Assembly (NCBI RefSeq): GCF_000150275.1
Contig: NW_002060952.1
Coordinates: 1,672,313 to 1,736,312, forward strand
From: Trichoplax adhaerens
Lineage: Eukaryota; Animalia; Placozoa
Direction: 5' to 3'
Length of the DNA: 64,000 bases
Shown: positions 49,601 to 62,648 of the stretch, piece by piece
Layout: every line of letters starts with the position of its first letter
Position numbering within the stretch: the stretch's first letter is position 1
Translations under genes and position numbers: made by a program
The notes under the pieces: model-generated
Seen by the model: the letters and a program-made list of their open reading frames with translations, nothing else
Told to the model about the DNA's origin: nothing
Database searches by the model: none

Positions 49601-52600
49601 ATGTATCTGTCATTAAATCTTAAAAGTTGTCCAATCTCTTTATAGAATTATTAATTTACGCTATAATGAATCTAGTATGATAAATGAAGTCCGAATATTT
49701 CGTGTAATAATGACATGGGTGTTGCTGATATATTATTTGTCACCTTTACTTTAGATGTTAATCATTTTGTTACTGTAGCTGCGATAATTCCTATATAAAG
49801 TTACCAAAGTTTATCAAGCACGTAGCAATTTTGATTAATCATTAGTCTACAACTCTATATTGCTCAATATTATGTACTGAAGTAATACTTGTACTGTATA
49901 TCAAATGCATTCATTCAAAGGCGGTGGAGTTTCGAATAAAGTAAATTTATTATTCTCCATTTGGTAATGACATAACGTGTAACACCATGTATCGGAAGCA
50001 AAACTTAGCTGTGACTTAAAGATAATTGAAAGATTATAGGCTTACATAAAAATTCTAAGAAACCAATATAAATGGATAACAGGAGACATGATATATTATG
50101 TATAGCCACAGAGAATGATTTTGCAACCATAATTTTGCATCTGGATCAAATGCGAGTAAGTCTATATGAAATTGATGACAAGGATTATAATAGTGCCTCG
50201 TAAAGATTTATTTTCACGAATATTGCTATAATAGCTTTGTTGCAGTGAATCTGACAATAATGAATACCGAGTAAATTGATCACAATCTGGGTCTATTTCA
50301 CTCTCAAAATCTTTATTTGAGACTGCTTTAATATCTTACTAACACAATGCCGCCCTGCTATCCACGTTTACACTTAAAAAATATTGTACTTTAATAACTC
50401 ACTTATATAATTTCCGTCATGCGTTTAAATAAAATTAATCTTACAACAAGCCGCTTATTATACTTGTGAGGAAGTTGTTAGTCTTACTTACAGTATCTCT
50501 CCGTAGTTAGTTGGAGTGACTAAGTAGCTAGTAAGTTAGTTGATCACTCACATTAGAAGAGAGTAGACAGCGGGATTACTCCTGTGAATGACATGAAGCC
50601 ATTAATAGATTTAAGTTTAATTAGCAACAGAATAGATTGACCTTTTACTTATTTTAAATCCGATCTATCTAGATATAAATATTCAATTTTGCATTTATAA
50701 TCTTGTGTATTAAAATACCATGTCACAACCGAGATTGTAACACAAGAATTAAACGGGATTCTTTCCTCTAAAGTAGACTTAACTATCTAAGCAACTAACT
50801 CTAAGCACTCTTTAATCAACCAAACTTAGATTCGAGTCTTAGACGATAGATTACTCACGTTAAGGATCAAAACTTTATTCTAGAAGCTATTTTATTAAAA
50901 TGTCCGATTGAACGCACAACTTACAATTACGAGTTCGTCCAATCCGGACGATTGAAATTAAGAGTAGTTATATCACTTATCTCTTTCTGAATTATTTGCC
51001 CTTATAATGACCGAGTAATAGTCTTTTACTATTACTATAGCATAACTATTTATCGACAGAAATTTCTCGTGTAACGGTATATGCCGTATCCGTATGTATT
51101 ATTTTCTTCATTTACCAAATTTGTTGTAATTATGAACTAGTGTTTACGTAAATAAAAGATGTAACTAATGTATTTATATAGTTTTGAACGCTTATTCAAT
51201 TAAAGGACATAAAATTGATTCGCTAAGATACAGGTATAAATTATGGTTTGGCGTCATTCATGATAGTTCAATTGAAGCCTTTAGACATTTTTAGAAACAT
51301 ATCTAGCTTAGCTATAGTCTTAGTAGTTTATAATCATTCAATGAAATTTTAACTTTGTTTAAGCCATCATTCAGTTTCGCTAAAATTACTTTATCGTTGC
51401 AATATCTCATCATAGTTAGTACCTACAGTCAATGTGTTGTAAGTGAATATGTTCCTTCAAAACTATGTAGGAAAGGAAATACCATAATATTTTCATTTTT
51501 TATCAAGGATTGTAGGTAGGTAGGACCATCGACTGCTAAACTTTCTTCTAGAAGTGCATATTAGCACCATTATTTATTATAATGAGTTTTATTGAAGTAT
51601 TTACATTAGAATCTGCTGTATCCGTAGAGGTTAATTATATTTACTATATGTACAATGACAATCTTGAATTTAAGCTCATTAAACTTATAAATAGCAAAAT
51701 TTTAGATCTGCAGTATCTTTTAGAAGAATCTAATACTCCGGAATTAAGAGTGGACAATTGTGGCTGAATATGGATAATCTTGAGATTTTAAGAAAAAAAT
51801 TTCGAAATCGAAATCTATCACGAAATTCTGTTAAGATTTGTGTAGAAGTAATTTAGACTTTCTCGATTGAAATATTGTACATTACATGATCAGACTGGAT
51901 TTCGAAGAGATTCTGAAAGGAACCCTTGGGATGATTTACGAAAATAATAACTCTGCATGAGATCGGATATAAAATACTGTTAAAATTTATTTTAGCTGGT
52001 TCGTCTTGAAATAAATTAGACTTTATAATTTCTAGTAATCTATCGTCTAATTGCTGGCTTCTATAGCTGACTAAAGATCTTACTAGGAATCGTAGTTCCT
52101 ATCTACCAGATTGCTCAGTGACTGTACTCTAGAATAGTTTAGGAAATCTGCATACTAATATAGCGGTATTATTGTAGTAGTTTTCGATGAGAGATTACAT
52201 TCTTCCAATGTGTTACTTTCTTCGACTGGTAATATAAAGATACTGAGAACATATGCTTACGTGAGTATGGAAATAGCTCGATAATGTGTACCTACTATCA
52301 CGGTTGCTTAGAGTTTAAAATCAGTAGAAAGATGCATAAAGTTGTTAGTGCTGAAGATACAGCCTCTCTTATCACTGCCAAATAGTGACTAGATAATATC
52401 TGTGTTTACTACTAGCTCCCTATAGCTACGAGTAAAATTATAATAAAATAATAATGAAATCCTCTTCAATTAAAGTTTACTATATAACAGCCGTTACTTC
52501 TTCAAAATATCGTAAAATTTTATAGGGTCTCTCACTATCTGTAAACGATTACTAGTGACATGTTGACACCTACAAATCCTATTTAATTAGCGTACATGAT

Positions 52601-54578
52601 GTGATGAATGTTCTATTCCACCAAAATAATACGATTGCAATACGACAACGAATCTTTAGCTTAAATGATTTCTAACTTATTGGTGATGATGAGAATTGTA
52701 ACCGCGATTGTGGCAAACATCGTATTAGAAACTGCACTCTAAATTGAAAAATTTTCACGTTTCTTATCCGTTTTGGCTGTTTCTACTCAAGATTTTGACC
52801 GTATACAGTGAATTATAAACTCTATAAAATTACTAGTACTGCTATGATTCCGACGAATCGTTGATCTACATTAATATAAGTTAGATTCGCTCGGTAGAAA
52901 ATTTAAAAATTATTAATATTATTAAATAATATCGTACAGCATGCCATAATTGTGCTGTATTACTTATTCTACAGCACAGATTTGGTAGATTGAAAATCCT
53001 AAGGCTAGGGATCGAAGTTTATCCTAGAATTCTCGCGAACACAAAGATTATATTTAAGAGTAAGTTCTATTCGATGTGGTTGTTCAACTTGCCATTTTCA
53101 AGATTAATTCCAAACTGCGATAAATAAGATAATTTATGTGCAGTAGATGAAAGGTCAACATTAGTATATTACTATGGAATTAGAATAGTAATAAGCTATA
53201 TTAATAAATATTTTTAATTCATATTCCATTTTATAATTTAATCATAGTTGCAGTGGCAGCTTATACATGCTCTTTCTCTCTATGGATAGATGAAAAAGGA
53301 AGCTGATACTCTAGTGATGCGATCAATATCTTACTGTGTTAGTTCGTTATTAGGATTTCAACGGCGATGATCATTCTCCATATATTTATTCTGCTATTTC
53401 TTGTCAGTATCAAAATTTAGAGCAATATTATAAATTAATATTGGACCACACGTTCTCCGCTGCCATATTCTGGTATTCTTTCAAGCTAATAATTTATCGG
53501 CTTATCTTGCAATGGAAAGGCTTAAATTTAACTACAGATTTTGTAATTACGAAATAAAACCATTAACATGCGTCAAATGCACTGAGTTTGTTCAGGATTT
53601 TTATTGAGTAGATCAGCACTTGAAATTCTAATCTTACATGTATTTAAAAGCTACTAGAAAATTTTACCGTGACTATGAATTAATTATCAATTCAATACTT
53701 CCTTTCGAATAAGACGACACTCTATTCGTTGAAAATATTACGAATATCAAATACAATTACAACCTAGTAGTCCAGTTTAAACACGGTAAATTGTTCTATG
53801 TAAAGTTGGCTACTGATCGATATACAGATATATCGCAATACAAGGCAATCTGATGAACAGAGTTACGCTAATATTAAAATGCAAGGAATTAATAATAGCA
53901 GAATAGTACGAACTTTGAAAGTTGATATGATCATCAATTTCCAAAATACCATTTAATTCAAGATAGCACAATTACTTGCTTTCAATCTTAGAAAGAGATC
54001 TACTTGCAATAACATTAGTACAGATGGTGTAAAGAAGAATTATATCTAGCTGTATCGATATAGTATGAGAAGAACTACATCAATAGATAGAGCCTAATGG
54101 CATTACAATATCTCCAACGTCATTTTTATCTTTAATAGACGGATCACGCTTTAAAGTTTTGATCACCAATTCTTTAGTCTAACAAGCAATGATTAAGCAA
54201 AAAATATCCATTTAAATGATTCGGCATATTTTAAGATTTCTTTGCGATATATACGGTAACAAAACAGAAGGTAAAAGAAATTTCCGGTGAACTGGGTAAG
54301 AATTTCAACGCTAAACAACTGTATTTATTTAGAGCTGCTTTCGTTATGTCAATCCACGTAATTTTAAGCAGCTAGAAGATTGATAAGTATAAAATAGTAG
54401 CTACAGATAGCCATAGATAAGATTTCATTCGAATATTATGATAAAATTAAGAGCGTAACTATAGACTAGAGCATTTTTCTATATTCCCATTAATATATTA
54501 CAGATAGGCTTTAATTAAATATATGATAAAACAATACGTCCCTTAAGAAGACAGAAGATGAGAAAAAGGTTGGGTGGG

Positions 54579-55134
54579 TGTGATATATACCAATCACGAG
54601 ATTCCAAATTTTAGAAAAATAAGGGCTTTATTGAATCTTATACAAAGATTAACTACACACAGCTCTACTCTAGCCGAATACTACTTCTAAAGACTTCTAG
54701 AACGAACTAACAGAATAATCTAAAGTTGCATGCTGTTATACTTTCCATAGCATTCGCAGCTACAATCCGCATGGCAACCTTTTACCTTATTTTACACATA
54801 GTTAAATTATTCTTAGTAAGACTATTTTACTACGGACCATCATTAATCCAATATGGATACGACTACAGTGCTTACGTAGACATTATTCACACCAGCCAAA
54901 GTACAATGAATTAACCATATCCTAATATATGATTTACAGTTCTATTTTTACCTTTAGCCTTATTAGTAACTCAACATCTTACTGTATATAGTCATCTGTA
55001 CTCTAGCATAGAGTCTCTACCACTACAGTCTATAGTTATAGCTACCAAATATCTCTTAGGATAAATATCTACCGTACATTATACTAAACATGGCTAATAG
55101 TCTACAATCACAATACTACGGTAGTTACATTACA
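54579..55134 (-). mobile_element. Solo-LTR-like element, family 1 (inverted orientation)
   Basis: Reverse complement of 20686-21236; TGTGATAT...ATTACA termini; TSD GTGGG/GTAGG. Confidence 0.85.
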
Positions 55135-55520
55135 GTAGGTTATAAAAACTTCAACGCTAAACGACCGTAATTACTTATAACTGCATTCATCGTATTGATC
55201 TGAGTAATGTTATGCAGTTAGCATGTTGATTAGTATAATATATTACGCTGTAAGTAGTGATAGATAAAATACCATTCGAATCTTGATAAAATTAAAATCG
55301 GAAAGATAAGAATACATAAGAACGTTTATCTATATTCTTATTGGATATTTCTGATAGGCTTTAAATGAATATAAGGCGAGATATATCATGAACTATACAA
55401 GCGAAATAATAAGTCGAAGAGCCGATAAGCAAGATAAGAATAAATTGAGATAATCGTTTTAACCATATTCAAATCTTTGCATTTAATAGAAATGCACCAG
55501 GATTGCATTGGCAGAAAATA

Positions 55521-58500
55521 TTATTGATTCAGGAAACTGCAAACCTTTGTTTGTGTTTTTTGGCAATAATTTTGCACTTTATAACTTAAACTCCTCTTTC
55601 TAACTCTAATAGTCGTATTTATCGTAAGTGCCACTTAAAACATGAGTTGCAATGTTAAGAATGCAATAAATTTTTATGCTTGTAGTATATTGATTGGTTT
55701 TATTCTTAAAATAACTAGCCGATGAAACTATTTGAATCTAAATATATTGTTACGAAATATTCTGGTAATAATTATTTCGTGATACATATCTGCTATTTCA
55801 ATTGTTTCGTGATCCGATTCATAATGATAGCGCAGATACTCTACTCAGTTAGCTATTTCAACCAACAATTTATTTTCGAAATCAGTCAAAAACTTACCGC
55901 TTTGTCTATTAGGCAAAAGAATGCAAACATTGTCAAGCTCTACCAACAGGAATAATTATGATTAGTTTAAGACCATATTGATAATGTTTATTACTGATTA
56001 GTAGGTCTGCCATTGTATCTCTAGTAAATTATCGAACAGTTGCAAGCTCTTCTCAGTCCAAACATACGTTAATTAATAACAGTAGATAGGAAGATTCTTA
56101 CCTGCAACATGGTTATGGTGAAAAATGGAAACAAAATGCCCATACTGGGCGTCGTAAAAGCTGCATATATGCCTAAAACCATTTTGCAAACGGATAGAAA
56201 GAATAGTCCCACGGATCCTAAAGCTTTTCTTCTGTGGAGGAAGCAATTGATGTACTTATAAAAGTTTGCTTTTGTATACAGAAATCGAGAGAAGTAATTT
56301 TAATGAAAAATAGACTGTAGTTAAATTTCGTTTATCTTTTCCATGATGAAAGCCTACTTGTGGATAGATTGACAGCTATTTTTGCTTTCATTTTCGACTC
56401 CTTCTTGAGATTCCCGGTGTGATGTTGCTTTAACATTTAAGATATTCAAGGCCATACCAATCTTGACGTAAAAATAAACATATATGACACAATCAAATGT
56501 TACTACATCGTAAATAATCCATCCTAATAAATTAATAAATAGATGCAAAGCATTATAGATTCTTGTCGAAAAGTAGCTGGATTACTCAAATTAGAAATTG
56601 AAACATACCATAAATACAATAACGAAGGCGGCAATATAAGGTCCGATAAGGAAGCTATTTTTTGAAAGCAAGCACCTGTATACAGCAAATATGATTTAGT
56701 ACTTTATTTAATTTTAACCAATTTGAATCGAATAGTAATTAAATCTGTATATTTATTCAATTTATAAAATAATTTTTAATACTATTAAATCAAAAGTTGC
56801 AAAAAACTTACAAGTAATAACCGCCAAATTGATTCCTTTCAAATATACTAGCAATTGCAGCCGTGAGTAACGCTGGAAATACTAGACGATAATAAAGATA
56901 TATGTAACAATTAAGGTTTGTTACGAATATCGCAGCTACTTCTTGGCAGGCGGTTAATAAAAATATACTACGACTTATATCTATTACATTTATATTGATA
57001 AATTTTAAAAAATATTTAACACATACCGTATCCGAGGGATAAAAAAATAAACATTATATTTCGTCCAAATTTACGTCCTTTGGTATCGACATATCTAGCT
57101 ATGCAATCAACCAATAACCAGAGAACGGCTGTTAGACCAAGACCAGACGTAAAGATACCAAATTTTTGACATATACTCTATTATTTTAAATCAATGCTAT
57201 ATTTATTAGACTCAAAGAGACCTTTATCAATGTAATTTTTAAACTATATCCTCTAAATTAAATTAAGTAAGTATTACGAAGAGGCCTAAGTAAGCTGAAG
57301 ATGTATTTAATTATATTTACAATCTCAGCTTCATTGATTTTTGGTATATGAAGTCCAATTAGAACAAAGATGATTGATAGAATTTCAGCTAAGCAGCAAT
57401 TACAGCAAATAAATCTTGTCATGGTTTTCAGCTGTCTGAGTACAATAAAAGTATACAGGTTTGTATAATAGCCCGTACATTTCTATACGCCTTAAACTAT
57501 GCTTATAGAAGAAGAATAAAATTTGATGGCTATAATTAGACAATCTACCTAAAAAAAATACCACAAAGGAATGTGATACTTAAAAGTATTATTGATATTC
57601 CTAGCTGTAATGAACCCCATAAATGATAGGTAAATTGGCTGTTAGCCTGCGATATATTGCCCGTTGTGAATGTTATATTTGGCTAAAGTGTTTAAGAAAT
57701 TAAATTCATACTAGAAATTAGCGATGAATTATACAGTTTGAACTTTCAAGTATTGTTTTGGGCACGAAATAATTTCGAAATATGATAGCAAATTACTTCC
57801 TCAGTTGCAATAGGTTTCTGCTGTATCAAAGTGATTGCATAAGAAATTTCTTGAGTTTTATTAAATTGGCATAAAACACTTCTGTCGGAACTATAACTAG
57901 TTTTTATCCCCTTATTAGACCAATATCCATCCTCAGGTTGATGAATACTATCATATGTTGGAATACAAAGAAGAATCTGCTTAGATTGATGATACATGGC
58001 ATATATCGAAAGTATTTTTGCGTACTCGCATTAATGCATAGTTGATTAAATACAATTCTGTCACAGGCATTAATAATTTAATATCGATAATATTATAGCC
58101 GATTTAAGGGCGATAAACTGCTTAAGATAGGAGAGGCTATCAATAATAGCTTTTATATCATTATTCTAATAGCTGATCAATTATACTAGTAAGTAAAAGC
58201 GTAACTGAATGAGCAAGCCAAAGAAATTCTTAAGAATTCTATCGACTGTGAGCCTTACTTTATAACGGTCTCCTTGTAAATTATTAAATTACCTCTGAAT
58301 CCAATAAGCGCACTGTTTATTTCGCACATTATCCTAAAAATAGGTTATTTAGAGAATAAACAGAGCTTAGAAAATATTCTTTATTGCTTATTTGTCATCT
58401 AATTTAAAATACTGTGCACTTCAGAGAACTATTTGCCTTTTTCGGAGCAGTTTCATGACTTACCGTATCTGTAAAAGTGACTCTGATTGGATGTATAAAT

Positions 58501-61500
58501 ATCTGATCACTTGTAGCATTAATAACCAAGAAAACAATAGGTGCCTGTCTAATAGAACTAATTTGCGTAATAAAGTCACATTGGACAATTTTAAAGTTAT
58601 TGTAATCGAAATTTAGGAGCTATAGAAGCTAATCTTATTACATATGAACTGATATTGGGTTGATGGATAATCATTGTTACGTTAAAGAAGCAATATAATA
58701 TGGATAAACGTCATTAAATTTAAATTTACGCTGAGTGGCTATTAAAACCAAATCATAATAAATTGACTGCTTAGCATAGGCAAATAAATCATGTACTGTA
58801 ATACAAATCTTATTCAAGCTATCATTTTTATATCTTATCGTAATTGGTATTTGAAGATGCAAAACGTGATTAATCTGACTATATCAGAATATATGCTAGC
58901 TTGCTAAATAATCACAATTAATGTGAACAGACCGCTGAGTGTCAACGAAAACTGAACATATCGAAAGTTATAATTTAAATTTCGCATGCATCTATACGTA
59001 TAATCTTCGTAAAATTGTAATATTTGATTTCTAGAAATTTAATACAAACAAATTTTCCCATAGTGTTACAGCTAATAGAAATTAGTTGTTGATCTAAGTA
59101 CGCTACTCTTTTATTTCATCCATTCTACGGGATGCTGCAATTACTCATACACATAGATCAAACCTTATATCCACCGGTAGATTAGTTTTGTTGACAATAA
59201 CTGCGATAACTGATATGAAACCTAAGTAATATAATTAACATAAACTATCATTACATATGCGCTACATTTAATGCCTATATTTGAGTATTTAAGAACATTG
59301 AGCAGCATTTAACTAATCATAAAATTATAAAGTGTATAATACCTTCCCGATAATTAACGTTGGTCGCAATAGGAACCTGAATTAATGGTGTTACCGTGTC
59401 AGTTGTATTCTTAATCATCAAATTAATCGTATCACTCTTGTAGTTGTTGTTAAGATGATATAGTTGATATGTTAAGATAGCATAGACACCTATCAGAAAT
59501 TATAAATAAATCCAAATTGTAAAGGATAACCTATTCTAATAAGGAAGATTAAAATTTGATCATATCATAACGAGATAATTGTGATAAATAGGTCGAAATC
59601 CGCAGAGAGCTACCTGGTAATATGATTTGAGTTTGATTATCAATAGCAAAGTTTTCAAGAGCCAGTGTCGCGCTAAATTGTTTCGTTGTATTACTGAAGC
59701 TCGAAATTAAATCATCCATTTTTTGCTAAGAAGAACATAGGAACGAAATTGTTATGTCAGAATCCGTAATGGAGATGGCATTTCCGAGTTTTGCCTGGGA
59801 ATAGCTTTTACGTCGCTTTTATGGACTACTAATAACAGATCTTCCTTAAATTATATTATACCTTAATAAAAGTAATTATAATCAGACTTTTTTTATCTCC
59901 CAATTAATTTCATTTAGCAATTTATATAATCAACAATCTTTATTGACTATAACCGTCTTGTAGATTTCTAATAGTAGTTTGAATTTCTAAATTATCTCTA
60001 CTGCGGTATTGATGATATCAAATAAACATATTATAGGTACCTGATTTTGATGATCCAAGGACGTTAATTCGGAAGTAAAAGATTGCTGTAGTGACTTAAA
60101 AGTAACTTGCTCATTGGTTAAATCTGTTTAAAAATTTTAGGGATTAGATATAGAGTAAAAGAGTAATAACCATTTAATTCTAAAAGTAGGGCTCACTTTT
60201 AGAGCAAATGAACCATGAATGGTAAGAATCACATCCATATGATCTCCATTTCCAAGTCATATTTCGTTCAACTGTTTTATGGCGATGAAGCACAGTGCAA
60301 TTGATACTTTTGCGTGGATTATTAGCATGCCAGTGAAAATAATGGCTTTCTTCTTGCGATTCCATCCACTTAAAATGATTACTTCGACTTTGATATAGAC
60401 CGAAAGAATACCAAAAATAGGATAAACCTTTTGTATTCAAATAGTGATCGACAATGTTTTGTGTTCTTCTAGAAGAAATTTCGGCAAGATCAGCCCTCGC
60501 ATACTGGCAAATTTGGCGTGCTTTGACAACTGGTAAGGCATAGTGGAAAGCTTTAACACAGTAATCTTCAGTTGGTCGATACCAGCCAGTTTGACATTTG
60601 TTATCTTAAGTATAGGCAATTAAAGTATAAAAACATAGTATAGTCAGTATGCCTTACAGCAATCATATGACAAAGATAATGCTTTGTGGATAGATGAGGA
60701 ATCAGTACCACAGATGTCAAAGGTTGCTCAAGATCAATACTGATTCTATTTGTATTTTTAACATTTAAAGCGCTAAAAGGAACTGGCATTTATATTATGA
60801 TTACTTACTGTCACAACTACGTTTACGACATAAGGAAACAACGCAGTACTTATAATACACTTTTCTGTACTTTAATCTGTAGAACTACTTCCCTAGGCTA
60901 CCATATGTATAGTATTTGAATCATTGCGAAGTATACACTAACTCACTTAACATAATATACGGTAAAAAATTCTCACATAACTTATCCTAAACCTGAACCA
61001 CTTTTATTCACGGTATAAAGTTACTGAACCTCTGACAGGTCTACGACAAATGGTAATACTATCTGTTAAATGAGCACATTATCGTAAACCGTCAGCAAAG
61101 CGACGGGAGTTTGTACTAGTATATTTCAATAACAAACATTTTATTACGATTAAATTATCAAATACGGGCATTCGATAGTAGTCCAAACTTCCAACAAGTT
61201 CAAATGAAGTCTTATCTTAAACTACATGTCTATATTTAAATTATTTTGATGACTGTGACACTTACATATATAATTCATATCTAATAATCATATAAGTGAA
61301 ACCTAGACTAAAAATAAAGTATTTAAATGTTTGGTAACGAAATAGAATTTTGGCTAGAAATTTAAGTACGTTGCTTATATCACATATTTATTCGATCGTT
61401 GGTTGACTTGTTCTTGTCTATGGTACATGGTAACTTAAGCCTAAAGCTTGAAGTGTGCAGCATGTGAATGCAGATAAATCATTTAATCCAACGCCGTGTT

Positions 61501-62648
61501 ACTTGTTATAGGTTTTATGTCGGTCCATTATCTTACGGTGTTTAAAATGCCAATACCAACAAAATCTTCATTTTTTTTCAACTATTTAACAGTATGGTAA
61601 AAACCGTAGGTCTTACGGCCGTACTTTGGCTCCACTATACTCATTTGGCGATTTCTCGTTTAACTTTGCATGGAAGTATGAGAGTTACAGAATATTAAGA
61701 CTATTTTAGATAAATTTAGATATCATATTACTAGCACTATTTTATAATTAATCTAATCGATTAGTTATTCTTCCGTAACAATGTTCACACACGAAAAGGA
61801 TGAAAATAAGATAAAAATCTTACACTAAAGTAGATATTTTAAATGTTATAGGGTTATTTTAATTTACTATGATACTTCAGAATTATATCATTTCTGAAGT
61901 CTATTTTATTAGGCCTTTCATTTTTAGTTATGAGCCAAATCTATAATTGTATATTAGTATAATTACGTAAGCTGTAACTATATATATTTATTATCAATAA
62001 GAAATGGTAGGGCAGGACTTTAGTCATACTTTTGAAATCAACTTTAGGCTAGCGAAAACATGAAGCTTACTTACCGGTTTTAAATGGTGCGTTAAGGTAA
62101 GGCACTATCTCTCGTAAAATACCTTATATTGGGGTATAATTAAGAAATAGAAATAGGTCAGATGTTACTTGAAGATCTTCGATGGAAATATCATGCAAAT
62201 GCATTAATTGAATAGCTTTGCTAACCATTGTTTTGGCAAAGAAATGGTAATTCATCGCTACAGTTATGCTCTGCTAAAACCCATCTATCATGATAGAAAG
62301 AATAAGAAAGAGCAACACAAGATGGGATAGTAGAATTACTTAAAGTGTTCGGCGCCAAACTTGTCAGTACTTCAGGAGAGATGTAGGAATTCGGAGTGCT
62401 TATCCAAGAATAAAAGCTACGATGACCGCTGAAAGTAGCCTTTTTCATACCAATCCAATAAGATGGTGAATAATTTTTATCCAATAAAAAGTCTACAGTC
62501 ATCATATAATCTGTATTCCTCCGTAATTCCAGAAGCGTAGCATTATTCATTCCTTGGCAAAATCTCTCACCATTATCAAAATTCATGTACTGTTTAATTC
62601 TTAGGCCGCACGCTTCTTGGAATGGCAGCCAATCATTTTGGCAAAAGT
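55521..62648 (-). CDS. Gene E: divergent adhesion-GPCR-like protein, at least 2 CTLDs + GAIN-like region lacking the GPS cleavage site + atypical 7TM (5' end not found)
   Basis: Exons 62226-62648 (CTLD), ~62076-62122, 60197-60604 (CTLD), 60041-60123, ~59615-59725, ~59343-59489, ~59163-59221, ~58464-58548, ~58292-58333 (CAYW), 57797-57947 (WSNKG..CQFNKTQEISYAITL), ~57549-57682 (TM1), ~57321-57435, ~57027-57177, ~56812-56881, ~56609-56675, ~56358-56461, ~56102-56231, ~55898-55939, and tentative 55521-55544 (VCSFLNQ*). Intron positions and phases match gene A. Confidence 0.8.
60809..61260. mobile_element. Solo-LTR-like element, family 2 (452 bp), in an intron of gene E
   Basis: Perfect inverted termini TGTCACA...TGTGACA with perfect 5-bp TSD CTTAC (60804-60808 and 61261-61265); second copy at about 34046-34604. 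Confidence 0.82.
61089..61120 (+). mobile_element. Helitron-like 3' terminus nested in the family 2 element
   Basis: GC-rich hairpin CCGTCAGC-AAA-GCGACGG followed about 9 nt later by CTAG|T; the segment is absent from the other family 2 copy. Confidence 0.45.

Noticed and set aside
50721-51058. Possible TGTCACA...CGACA element
   Set aside because: Repeat-like composition but no matching TSD and no second copy in the window
51500-52560. Possible decayed coding or retroelement internal region
   Set aside because: No recognisable RT, integrase or other motif, and no long frame
60437-60619. Apparent frameshift splitting gene E CTLD2 into two ORFs
   Set aside because: Manual translation from the acceptor at 60604 is open through to 60197; the listed ORF is an off-frame overlap
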